DNA of 44,205 nt from a virus. Its lineage: Duplodnaviria > Caudoviricetes. The stretch is taken from positions 1-44,205 of IMG/VR virus record IMGVR_UViG_3300037742_000079; one strand, given 5' to 3'. The notes under the pieces were generated by a model. It was given only the letters and a program-made list of their open reading frames with translations, was not told the origin of the DNA and did not search any database. Below are positions 28,903 to 37,354 of the stretch, piece after piece. Positions within the stretch are counted from its first letter, which is position 1. Each line of letters opens with the position of its first letter. The position numbers and the translations under genes were made by a program.

Positions 28903-29731
28903 GCGAGTCGATCCATTCCCGCTGTGCGACCGGCGATCCCGCGTTGAACGTCGTCGGCAACTTGAAGAGGGTCCAGCCGCCGGTCGCGTGGCTCGCGATG
29001 CCGTCGTAGGCCCAGCGCGGCACGCCATCGATCCAGCCCCAGACCGCGCCGTCGGGCGTGGTGAGGCGTGAGCTCTGCCGGACGCGCAACGTGATTCGAT
29101 GCCACTCGCCGTCCCCGAGCCGCTCGGGCGTCATCTCCGGCCCGACGTTGGGCGCCAAGAGCGGGTGATCCTGATCGCTGCCGATCCCGAGGCGATGATT
29201 CTCGCAGATCAGCATGAAGCGTCCCGAGTCGTTCGCGGCCCACAGGAACGCGAGCTTCTTCGCGTTGCCGCGCGGGCAGCTGAGGTAGCGGCCGACGTGA
29301 TCCCAGATGAAGCCCGGCTGATAGCGAGCGGTCCACTGGAGCACGACCTCACGCTCGCCTCCGGGCCAGCCCTTCTCAATCAGGTGACTATCGTCCTGGC
29401 AGGTCCCCTGGGCTTGCCGCTCCCAATCGATCCGGAGCGCCTGCGAGCCGTTGGTGCCGCCCGTGCGATCGAGGTGAATGCCGCGCTCGCCGCCCTGCGT
29501 GATGTAGCGCGCCATCAAGGCCGCGTCGCTCGTCACGCCGGAGAAGTCATCCTCATGGAGCAGCTTGTTCACGCCTGATCGATAGATCGGCTCGGCGGGC
29601 GGCGTGGGTGGCCTGGGCGACGGCTCGGCGACCGGTGCGGGCAGCGCGGCCGGCAGCTCGGGCGCGGCAGCGGGGAGCGTGGCCAGCGCGGTGTCGCACA
29701 GATCGCGCAGGCCGACGAGAAACTCGCGCAT
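28883..29731 (-). CDS. hypothetical protein, polysaccharide-lyase/ConA-like beta-sandwich
   Basis: Pro/Ala linker then 'HEDDFSG', 'DGEWHRITLRV', 'WIDGVP', 'WIDSLRVW'. Confidence 0.6.
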   Translation of the reverse strand: MREFLVGLRDLCDTALATLPAAAPELPAALPAPVAEPSPRPPTPPAEPIYRSGVNKLLHEDDFSGVTSDAALMARYITQGGERGIHLDRTGGTNGSQALRIDWERQAQGTCQDDSHLIEKGWPGGEREVVLQWTARYQPGFIWDHVGRYLSCPRGNAKKLAFLWAANDSGRFMLICENHRLGIGSDQDHPLLAPNVGPEMTPERLGDGEWHRITLRVRQSSRLTTPDGAVWGWIDGVPRWAYDGIASHATGGWTLFKLPTTFNAGSPVAQREWIDSLRVWVP

Positions 29732-29825
29732 CGAGGGACCTCAGGACGGAGACCCCTCTCGTACACCGCTCGGTGTCAGTCGCAGCGTATGATTCGGCCT
29801 GCCTCGTCGTCGGCGTATCGGCCGT

Positions 29826-30461
29826 TCAGCAGAGCCATCGACGCGAGCGCATCTCCTTTAAGATCGCGTTCGTCGCCGCTGAGTCCTCCGGGGCAAGATC
29901 GGCAGCCCGCCTCATCATACGCTCCCGTTCAAAGCATCCCGTATCTAGGCGCCTGGCGAACTCGCGCGCCTCCTGTTCATAGCGATTCCTTCCCCATTGG
30001 GCCACTAGCTGCGTGTGCGGCCGCTCGAATCGTCCCAGGTTGCGCGAAACGAAGGCCGTGGCACTGTCCAATGTGGAAAGCCTATCGATGCCAGCGTCGA
30101 GAAGAATGCTGTGACTAATGTAGAGCGCAAGATCGGGGCGTGGCGGGGACGATAACCAGAGTCCGACTATGTAAGCATCCGGATCGTCGCACCCGGGATC
30201 GCACATGACGGTCCCGCTCAGAATGAAATTCGGTCGCTCCACTCTCGAAACAATCACCACGCCGCCCAGCTGCCGGAAGGCCGATACGAGGGCCCCCTGA
30301 ATGGCGGCGGATGAGTCCTTGACATCTACGGCGATCGCAATGGAAGGTGTGGGCGCTGCGCTCTGCGCTAACGCTGGAGCTGAAGCGGAGGCCGCAAGCA
30401 CCAGTGCGGCAATAGGCCACTTTCCAAGGAACGCGAGAGACAGGGCAAGCAGGGGCCTCAC
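29826..30461 (-). CDS. putative secreted accessory protein
   Basis: GGAGG SD; signal peptide ending ALA-Q; atypical codon usage; downstream of the repressor. Confidence 0.7.
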   Translation of the reverse strand: MRPLLALSLAFLGKWPIAALVLAASASAPALAQSAAPTPSIAIAVDVKDSSAAIQGALVSAFRQLGGVVIVSRVERPNFILSGTVMCDPGCDDPDAYIVGLWLSSPPRPDLALYISHSILLDAGIDRLSTLDSATAFVSRNLGRFERPHTQLVAQWGRNRYEQEAREFARRLDTGCFERERMMRRAADLAPEDSAATNAILKEMRSRRWLC

Positions 30462-30563
30462 GATACCTCCTTCGCTGGGTTGGTGTGCGAGATCTGGCCA
30501 TCTTCGCTATCCCACGCGGACGAGCGACCCGCTGGCACGTTTCGCGGCCTTTCTTGGCGAACG

Positions 30564-30950
30564 CTACTGGTCCAATGCGACGCTCGCCTCAGAGATCAAC
30601 TCTGAGGCGAGTGCGTTGATGCGATGGGCGGCTTTCAGTAGCCCACGGTAGTAGTCCCTGGATTCTCGCCGCGCCCCTTCAGGGGGCGCATCGGATGTTC
30701 CACGGGGAACATTGGCGCCTTCCAAGGAAGATTCATGGGGCGCCCCGACCCAAAGTTCTTCTACGGGGATTCCGTAGTTCCGGGCCATCCGCGCGACCGT
30801 GCGGTACTGCACTCGCTTGGCGCGCTTAGGGTCCTTCGCCAGCTGCGAGAGGGTGCTCTCGCCGATACCCATGCGAGCCGCCACGTGTGCCTGTCGTCGT
30901 GGCCCTTCCTTCGCGATCAGTTGGTTGAGCGCCTGCTGATTCAAAGACAC
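30564..30950 (-). CDS. CI-like XRE-family HTH repressor
   Basis: 'QAHVAARMGIGESTLSQL' HTH; divergent from the cro-like gene. Confidence 0.8.
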   Translation of the reverse strand: MSLNQQALNQLIAKEGPRRQAHVAARMGIGESTLSQLAKDPKRAKRVQYRTVARMARNYGIPVEELWVGAPHESSLEGANVPRGTSDAPPEGARRESRDYYRGLLKAAHRINALASELISEASVALDQ

Positions 30951-31046
30951 AATTTTGCCCTATTGACAAGATTCGCAGGGGAAGTTATTGTTCCCGTGCG
31001 AAGTATGACGGAAGTTCTATAAACCTTCCATAAGCCCCGATAAATA
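30951..31046. promoter_or_regulatory. lysis/lysogeny switch region with rightward promoter and candidate operators
   Basis: AT-rich; TTGACA(30963)-N17-TATTGT(30986); inverted repeats GGGAA-N7-TTCCC and GGAAG-N10-CTTCC. Confidence 0.75.
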
Positions 31047-31286
31047 ATGCTTTCCTACGCAGAGAGGAAGGAACGGCTTCCGTTCGGGGCAAACGAGCGA
31101 GTTGCGGAGCGGCTTGGCGTCAGCTCCTCGTACGTCTCCGCCGTCCTCAGCGGGCGCCAGAGTGATCCGACTTTTGACATTGAGCGCGCGCTAGCGCGCC
31201 TCATGAAGCCAAAGACGAGCGCCAAGGAGGCGTTCGGCGACGCGCCCCGCAGCCTACGCAAGCGCCCAGTGGAAGCGGCCGTATGA
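31047..31286 (+). CDS. Cro-like HTH regulator
   Basis: 'ERVAERLGVSSSYVSAVLSG' HTH. Confidence 0.8.
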   Translation: MLSYAERKERLPFGANERVAERLGVSSSYVSAVLSGRQSDPTFDIERALARLMKPKTSAKEAFGDAPRSLRKRPVEAAV

Positions 31287-31486
31287 ACCGCCGCACCGCG
31301 ACGACTCGCCGCCGCTACCGGGCCATGCCGGCCGACGTCACGGTGAGGGTCTCGCTCGAACTCGCGCCGGTTGTCGTGCGCGGGCCCCGCAACCCGCAGC
31401 TGGCGCAGGCGCTCTTCGACGAGCTGCAGGCCTCCTTCGCACGCACCGCCGACATCCTGCGCGAGCTACAGGAGATGTACTCATGA
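31283..31486 (+). CDS. hypothetical protein
   Basis: ATGA coupling. Confidence 0.55.
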   Translation: MNRRTATTRRRYRAMPADVTVRVSLELAPVVVRGPRNPQLAQALFDELQASFARTADILRELQEMYS

Positions 31487-31641
31487 CCGAGTTCCTCGCG
31501 CGCGAACCGCTCTCGCTCCCGCTGTTCATCGTGTCGATCATCGGCTGGGTGCTTGCCATGATCTGGCTCGTGCGCCGCGTACTGCGCGAGGACCCGGAGC
31601 AGCGCCCGCTGCCCAACACGCTCGACGACCCACCGATCTAA
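31483..31641 (+). CDS. small single-TM protein (52 aa, not in the ORF track)
   Basis: GGAG SD, ATGA overlap; MTEFLAREPLSLPLFIVSIIGWVLAMIWLVRRVLREDPEQRPLPNTLDDPPI. Confidence 0.6.
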   Translation: MTEFLAREPLSLPLFIVSIIGWVLAMIWLVRRVLREDPEQRPLPNTLDDPPI

Positions 31642-31751
31642 TGCACGAACGCGCCGCCGGGCTTGCCCCCGACGACGCGCTGAAACCGTGGTCGGACGAG
31701 TTGAGCCCGCCGACCTCTGGAAAACTACCGGCTCGCATGAGGATGGACCAG

Positions 31752-32360
31752 ATGACACCGAAGGGAACAGCACTCGCCCACGCGCCAGCGACGCCCGAAC
31801 CGGCCGCTGCGACGAAGATCACCCTGCACGAGGCCGTCGAAGCGCTGATGATCAGCGACTCGTGGCTCGAGGAGACGGAAGGCGAGTTGACGCCCGAGCT
31901 GGAGGCGCTGATCGAGGGCGCCAAGGGCGACTTCAAGGAGAAGGTCGACCGCGTCGCCGTGGCGCGGAACCGGATGCGCGACCGCGCCAAGGCGCTCAAG
32001 GAGGGCGAAGAGGCACGGATCGTCGCGCGCCGTCGGGCGATGGAGAAGCGGGTCGCCGGCATCGAGAACTACCTCGAGCGGTGCCTGATCGCCGCCGGGA
32101 TCGACAAGGTCGAGGGCACGCTTACGACCTGCGCCATGCAGCTGAACAACCCGTCGGTCGTGGTGGCCGACGACGTCGATCTGACCGAGCTGCGCGACGC
32201 CGGCGCGCCCTTCATTCGCGTGATTCCCGAGACGCTCGAACTCGACAAGAAGGAAGTACTGGCTGCCGTGAAGCGGGCAGAGGCAGAGGGTCGGGACCAA
32301 GACGCCGTACTGCCGGCCACGATCCGCGTGGTGCGGACGCGCTCGCTCCGGATCCGCTGA
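31752..32360 (+). CDS. Siphovirus Gp157-like protein
   Basis: 'GELTPELEALIE..KVD..EEARIVARRRAME..LQLNNPSV-like..LDKKEV'; alternative start at 31641. Confidence 0.8.
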   Translation: MTPKGTALAHAPATPEPAAATKITLHEAVEALMISDSWLEETEGELTPELEALIEGAKGDFKEKVDRVAVARNRMRDRAKALKEGEEARIVARRRAMEKRVAGIENYLERCLIAAGIDKVEGTLTTCAMQLNNPSVVVADDVDLTELRDAGAPFIRVIPETLELDKKEVLAAVKRAEAEGRDQDAVLPATIRVVRTRSLRIR

Positions 32361-33490
32361 TGACCGCGCCCACCATCAACAAGGCGCCCGCCATCGCCTT
32401 TCAGCGGGCCACCAAGAAAAAGCAGAAGCTCAAGATGGCCGTGCAGGGCCCGAGCGGGGCGGGGAAGACGATGGGCGCGCTCTCGCTCGCCTTCGCGCTC
32501 GCGCGGACGGGGCGCGTGGCCGTGCTCGACACCGAGAAGGGCTCGGCCTCGCTCTACGCCGATCTCTTCCCGCCCTTCGACACCGTGAGCCTGGAGGCGC
32601 CCTACTCGTCCAAGCGCTATTACGAGGTCATCGAGGCGGCGATCGCAGCCGGCTACGAAGTGTTGGTCGTGGACTCGCTCTCGCACCAGTGGGCCGGGCC
32701 GGGCGGCATTCTCGATCGGAAGGAAGACGCCGATAAGCGGGGTGGCGACAGCTTCCGCAACTGGGCGACGTTCTCCAAAGAGCACACGCGCTTTGTGAAC
32801 TACCTGCTCAACGTCGATATCCACCTGGTATGCACGGTGCGCACCAAGGCGGAGTACGCACTGATCGCGGGCGAGAACGGCAAGCGCGGGTCGGTGCAGA
32901 AACTCGGCATGGCGCCGATTCAGCGCGAGGGACTTGAGTACGAGTTCACGACGATGTTCGAAATGCAGATGGATCATCGGGCCGTCGCTTCGAAGGACCG
33001 CACGAACCTGTTCAACACCGACACGCCGGTCGATCTCACCGACGTAGACTTGGCCGAGACGCTTCGGGCCTGGCTGGACAGCGGCGCCGAGCCTGATCCG
33101 ATCGCCCCGGTGCGCGACCCGCTGGCCGAGCCGGCAGCAGAGCGCGCACCAGTGGCGTCGCCGGCGTCTCCCCTGGCCCTGGTGCCAGCCACAGCGGCTC
33201 CGGCGCCATTCGACGAGCCGCCGGCCGCTGCCGCCTCAAAGGAACCGGAGGCGCGCTGCCCGAAGTGCAGCGGCCCCATGTACGACAACCGCGGCAACAA
33301 GCGCAGCCAGCGCGCTCCTGACTTCAAGTGCAAGAACGCGCGCAGCTGTGACGGCGCGTACTGGCCGGGTCAGTGGCCGCCCAAGGAAGAGGGCGGGCAG
33401 CTCGACGCGCTGGCTAGCGGCGAGTCGGAGCAGCCGGTCGGCGTCGGTGCGGCCGCACTGGAGGCGCCGACGGATGACTTGCCATTCTGA
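32360..33490 (+). CDS. AAA ATPase, Sak4-like recombination protein with C-terminal Zn ribbon
   Basis: GPSGAGKT, 'LDTEKGS', 'VVDSLSH.W', 'QREGLEYEF'; CPKC..PDFKC; acidic DDLPF tail. Confidence 0.85.
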   Translation: MTAPTINKAPAIAFQRATKKKQKLKMAVQGPSGAGKTMGALSLAFALARTGRVAVLDTEKGSASLYADLFPPFDTVSLEAPYSSKRYYEVIEAAIAAGYEVLVVDSLSHQWAGPGGILDRKEDADKRGGDSFRNWATFSKEHTRFVNYLLNVDIHLVCTVRTKAEYALIAGENGKRGSVQKLGMAPIQREGLEYEFTTMFEMQMDHRAVASKDRTNLFNTDTPVDLTDVDLAETLRAWLDSGAEPDPIAPVRDPLAEPAAERAPVASPASPLALVPATAAPAPFDEPPAAAASKEPEARCPKCSGPMYDNRGNKRSQRAPDFKCKNARSCDGAYWPGQWPPKEEGGQLDALASGESEQPVGVGAAALEAPTDDLPF

Positions 33491-33905
33491 GTCCGTGCAG
33501 AAGATCTGCCTGCGGTGTGGTGTCACGCGTCCGCTCGATGCCTTCTACGCGCATCCCGGAATGCGAGATGGCCGGCTCGGCAAGTGCAAGGACTGTACGA
33601 AGGCGGATGTTCGGGCGAACCGCTTGGCGCGCCGCGACCAGTATCTCGCTTACGAGCGCGGTCGATCCGTCACGCCGGAGAGGAAGCGAGCAATCAAGCG
33701 GAATCGCGCGCGGCATAAGCACCTCGCCTCCGTCGCGGTGCACAACGCTGTCGCTCGCGGCACGCTGGAGAAGCGGCCGTGCGAAGTCTGCCGTTCGCCG
33801 GAATCGGAGGCGCACCACACCGATTACAGCAAGCCGCTCGAGGTCATGTGGCTGTGCAGGGCGCACCATGTCGCATGGCACCGTGAACACGGGGAAGTGG
33901 AATGA
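33474..33905 (+). CDS. HNH-like Zn-binding endonuclease
   Basis: 'KICLRC..CKDC', 'CEVC..EAHHTDYSKPLEVMWLCRAHH..WH'. Confidence 0.75.
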   Translation: MTCHSESVQKICLRCGVTRPLDAFYAHPGMRDGRLGKCKDCTKADVRANRLARRDQYLAYERGRSVTPERKRAIKRNRARHKHLASVAVHNAVARGTLEKRPCEVCRSPESEAHHTDYSKPLEVMWLCRAHHVAWHREHGEVE

Positions 33906-34084
33906 TCCCCCCTTCTAGTGCCCTGACGCGGCCGCGTGAGGAGACGGTCTACAGGCTCCGGCACATCGCGACCGAGGTCGTGCTGGAGACGCCCTTCACC
34001 AGCATGACCGGCGCGACACTGTCGCTGCTCGCGTCGAGTCCGCTCACGTTCGACCAGTACGAAATCGTTCCCGATCAACAGTAG
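33902..34084 (+). CDS. small hypothetical protein
   Basis: ATGA coupling; 60 aa. Confidence 0.45.
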   Translation: MIPPSSALTRPREETVYRLRHIATEVVLETPFTSMTGATLSLLASSPLTFDQYEIVPDQQ

Positions 34085-34151
34085 GCATCTGCGGTGCGGA
34101 CGCTGTAAGCAGGGCCCGGCGCGCTGTCCGTGATTCATGGCAGCCGGGATA

Positions 34152-34218
34152 GGGCCGCGAAGTGGGAAGCGACGGTGAACGCGCACCGAAGCAGTCGGTT
34201 CGACTCCGGCACGGCTCG
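34152..34218 (+). ncRNA. tRNA-like structure (degenerate tRNA or ncRNA)
   Basis: GGGCCGC/ACGGCTC acceptor-like stem, CGGTG/CACCG stem, canonical T arm GTCGG-TTCGACT-CCGGC; no D stem, 6-nt loop. Confidence 0.5.
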
Positions 34219-34265
34219 ATCGCAGGAACCGAAGTGGACTCAACCCTCCGACTGGAGACACACCG

Positions 34266-34664
34266 ATGGAGCTGTCGCTCATCCCGCGTGATCGTGCGAT
34301 TCTGCAGAAGGGCCTCGAGCTGCTGGTGAAGGCCTGCGACGACGTCCAGAAAAAGACGGAGGCGATCGGCCTCCCGGCGGTGGCCGTCGTCACGCTCAAG
34401 GACAAGACCGAGTCGCTGATCAGTCGGGTCGATGAGCACTTGGAACGCGACGGCCACCTGGAAGGCGACTACGACTTCCCGCACGAGGAGATACAGGTCG
34501 CGCGCGTCGGCGTCTCGCTCTTCCTCGGGAAAATCTCGAAGGTCGAGAGCGCCCAGGAGGAGCTGAGCGTCCCGACCGTGGACACCGAATCGCGCGCGGC
34601 CGATGCGCGCGACCTGGCCGATCGACTGGCCGGCCAAACCACGATGGCCTTGGCCGGTCGCTAG
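34266..34664 (+). CDS. hypothetical protein
   Basis: GGAG SD; 132 aa, helical. Confidence 0.75.
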   Translation: MELSLIPRDRAILQKGLELLVKACDDVQKKTEAIGLPAVAVVTLKDKTESLISRVDEHLERDGHLEGDYDFPHEEIQVARVGVSLFLGKISKVESAQEELSVPTVDTESRAADARDLADRLAGQTTMALAGR

Positions 34665-34712
34665 GCGGCGGGTCCACGGGGCCCGGCTCGCAGCAAGCAG
34701 CCGTTCCGCTCC

Positions 34713-35093
34713 GTGGCCCGTCGCGTAGGTCGCTCCACCGCTTCACCTCATCCCACTCTGAGGACTCGCCCGCTGCGCTCGCTCGCTCTGCAGGACCGGC
34801 CCGAAGGCCCCGCTCCGCTCCGTCTCGTCGATGGGGCGGAGCGTCAGGCACGTCGGGAGCGGTTGCGCGAGTTGGCGATCGAACGGGCGGATTGGCCGCG
34901 GGGATACCTGAGCCAAGAGAAGGCGGCCTTCTACCTCGACATGTCAGTCGCCAAGTTCCGGCGGGATGTGAAGGTGATCCCCCGGCCGGCCGAGCCGCCG
35001 CGTGCTGGCAAGAAGCCGCTCATGCGCTATCGTATCGCGGACCTCGACGCCTGGATGGAGTCGAACGCGTCCTACCGGATTCCCAGACGATGA
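34713..35093 (+). CDS. xis: excisionase-like HTH protein
   Basis: 'YLSQEKAAFYLDMSVAKFRR..RYRIADLDAWME' directly upstream of the integrase; start uncertain. Confidence 0.7.
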   Translation: MARRVGRSTASPHPTLRTRPLRSLALQDRPEGPAPLRLVDGAERQARRERLRELAIERADWPRGYLSQEKAAFYLDMSVAKFRRDVKVIPRPAEPPRAGKKPLMRYRIADLDAWMESNASYRIPRR

Positions 35094-36319
35094 TGAGCGC
35101 GTACTTACCGCCGAACCGCACGGTGCCCAAGATCAGCGTGCCCGTCAGCGATCGCGTCTGGAAGATGCGGTCCACCGGGACGCGCGACCCGCTCACGATC
35201 AAGCGCATGCATCTGATGATCGACGAGCTCGGGCGCTTCGGCGCTGGGGCGTGGGACCTCCTGGGCAAGCTCGCTCAGGCGAAGAGCCCGCAGCATCCCG
35301 ACGCGTGGACGCTGATGGACCTCTACGAGCGCTGGGTCCGGCACGGGGGCAAGATCGAGGCGATGCGTGCCGAGCTGAGCGCCGCCGAGGCGGCTGAGGA
35401 GCGCGAGCGGCTCGACCCGCTGCTCGATACGCTCTTCGACGAGTTCTGCGACTGGATCGTCGACGTTAAGAAACGGAGCCAGGACACGGCCGACGCCTAC
35501 GCGCGGCACCTGGCGACGCTCGAGGTCGCGGGGATACTCCGTCCCTCGGACCTCACGGTGGCTCACCTAGGCGACTGGCTCGACAGCTTGGCGGCGATCG
35601 ACGAGAAAGGGGAGAGCCTCGCCACGGGTACCCGCCGCAAGTACGCGATGGGCGTGTCGGCGTTCTGCAGCTGGCTCGTGCGGAAGAAGCACCTGCTTAC
35701 GGCCAACCCGATGCGCGACGTCGAGAAGCCGGCGGCCGGCGAGGGCCGCATGCAGTGGATTTCCGAAGCGCAGATGATCAAGCTGGCCGATGCGCAGCCG
35801 TCGCCGTACCGTGAACTCTCGGCCTTCATCCACGGCACCGGGCTCGACGTCTCGGTCGCGTGCGACCTGATCACCGCGGGCGACATCGATCCGGAGACGT
35901 GGTCGTTCGCCAGCGTGCGACCGAAGAGCAAGCACCGACACACGGTCGTCATCGCCGAGTGGGCGCGGCCCTATGTGAAGCGGCTGCTCCGCGGCAAGCT
36001 GCCGCTGGCCCTGCTGGGCGAGGGCGTCCATCGCTGGGGCTTGTCCGACTCGCACCGCGAGACCTGCAAGAAGCTCAAGCTCACGAACTATTGGCTGCGG
36101 GACGCCCGGCACTCGTGGGCGGTGCGGTTTGACGACCTGGGCGGCTCACCGGCGGACGGGGCCGAGCAGCTGGGGCAGCAGGACAATGGGGTGCTCTTCC
36201 AGCGGCTCTACTCGAAGCGCTCGCGCTCGATCGCGGAGCGCCAGCGCATCGAGGCGGGGCTGGGTCCGAGGTCGGAAATGAGGTCGGAAAAGAGGTCGGA
36301 TGATGCAGTATCCCGGTAG
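35090..36319 (+). CDS. int: tyrosine recombinase / integrase
   Basis: Core-binding domain 'T..AY..HL..AFCSWL..NPMRDV'; catalytic region 'GTGLD', 'RDARHSWA', 'QLGQ..QRLY'; adjacent attP. Confidence 0.85.
   Translation: MMSAYLPPNRTVPKISVPVSDRVWKMRSTGTRDPLTIKRMHLMIDELGRFGAGAWDLLGKLAQAKSPQHPDAWTLMDLYERWVRHGGKIEAMRAELSAAEAAEERERLDPLLDTLFDEFCDWIVDVKKRSQDTADAYARHLATLEVAGILRPSDLTVAHLGDWLDSLAAIDEKGESLATGTRRKYAMGVSAFCSWLVRKKHLLTANPMRDVEKPAAGEGRMQWISEAQMIKLADAQPSPYRELSAFIHGTGLDVSVACDLITAGDIDPETWSFASVRPKSKHRHTVVIAEWARPYVKRLLRGKLPLALLGEGVHRWGLSDSHRETCKKLKLTNYWLRDARHSWAVRFDDLGGSPADGAEQLGQQDNGVLFQRLYSKRSRSIAERQRIEAGLGPRSEMRSEKRSDDAVSR
36268..36300 (+). repeat. putative integrase arm-type sites (GAGGTCGGA x3, 12-bp period)
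   Basis: Direct repeats at 36268, 36280, 36292; related TAAGTCGAA/GAGGTCGAA/GAGTCGGA at 36452-36486 on the other side of the core. Confidence 0.65.
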
Positions 36320-36384
36320 CGCCGAATGGCGCCCGGTAGCGGTTCCATCACTCAGGGGGAAGACGATGCAGGGTCAGGGCACAA

Positions 36385-36429
36385 GCACTCATAATGCCGG
36401 GGTCGCGGGTTCGAGTCCCGCCCCAGCTA
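36385..36429 (+). other. attP core: 3' half of a host tRNA-Met (CAT)
   Basis: GCA-CTCATAA-TGCCG-GGGTC-GCGGG-TTCGAGT-CCCGC-CCCAGCT-A with no 5' half, 65 bp after the int stop. Confidence 0.85.
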
Positions 36430-36532
36430 TTGCAGGACAACGACTTAGCGATAAGTCGAAAGTTGAGGTCGAACGTGGAGTCGGATGCCGCGATGAGATC
36501 GCGCCCGACTTTTCGCGCGGGAGCATCGGCTG

Positions 36533-36790
36533 ATGCCCCCGAACAAGCGCGACATCCAAGAGCAGAACGACCTCGACGCCATCGAGCGCGAGCATCGGCT
36601 CACCCCGCGCCCTGACGACTCGGCCGCGCCACCGAAGCAATTCAATTGGCGGTGCGCTCTCGGGCTGCATCCGTGGGGCAAGTGGAGTCCCGTCATCCGA
36701 TCGGGCGGCCTCGCCGCGCCGTTCCCGTATCAGGAGCGTGACTGTCCGCGCTGCGGGCTGCACGCCCGGAAGGTGCGCCGTGACCTCTAA
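36533..36790 (+). CDS. small Cys/His-containing hypothetical protein
   Basis: GGGAG SD; 'CALGLHPW..RDCPRCG'. Confidence 0.6.
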   Translation: MPPNKRDIQEQNDLDAIEREHRLTPRPDDSAAPPKQFNWRCALGLHPWGKWSPVIRSGGLAAPFPYQERDCPRCGLHARKVRRDL

Positions 36791-36992
36791 CACGCGCCCC
36801 GGATTGCCACGCCTGGTGTCCCTCGTGCTCGCCTTCGCACTCGCGATCACGGTCAGTGGATGCAACGCGCTGTACGCCATCACCGGCACCCCGATCCCGA
36901 AGTGTGAGATCGCGTGGGACACGCTGCGGCTCGACACGCTGCAGGGTGCGCCGGTGTTCCCGCCGGACCGTTGCGTGGAGAAGAAGCCATGA
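36780..36992 (+). CDS. putative small lipoprotein
   Basis: Hydrophobic core then lipobox-like VSGC. Confidence 0.55.
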   Translation: MTSNTRPGLPRLVSLVLAFALAITVSGCNALYAITGTPIPKCEIAWDTLRLDTLQGAPVFPPDRCVEKKP

Positions 36993-37354
36993 CGGGCGCG
37001 CGGGCGGGCGAAACCCGATGGTTGCTCATCTGCGGCAAGACGCAGGTCGTGTTGGCCGAGTGTCAGGCCGCAGCGCTCCGCGACGCGCAGCGCGTGCTCC
37101 GTCTGGAGTGGCGCCAGGCGCCCAACGGTTCCTTCGTCACGTCCGCGCTCTCGTGGTCGCTCGGGATGGTGAAGCCGCTGCCGTTGCCCATGTGCTCGTC
37201 GTGTGGGCAGCGGGAGCGCGCTGGCCGGGACCGGAAATGCGACCGATGCCGCGCGGCGCACGGTCGGGAACAGTCGATGGAGACGCGCGAGAAAATCTCC
37301 GTGGCCCTGCGGCGCAGTCACGTCACGCGCCGTGAGCAGCAGAGGTCCGCGTGA
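36989..37354 (+). CDS. hypothetical Zn-finger protein with NUMOD3-like tail
   Basis: CSSC..CDRC, 'SMETREKIS'. Confidence 0.55.
   Translation: MTGARAGETRWLLICGKTQVVLAECQAAALRDAQRVLRLEWRQAPNGSFVTSALSWSLGMVKPLPLPMCSSCGQRERAGRDRKCDRCRAAHGREQSMETREKISVALRRSHVTRREQQRSA

Noticed and set aside
36360-36429. Second complete tRNA gene
   Set aside because: No 5' acceptor strand or D arm; only the 3' half is present next to int, which fits attP.
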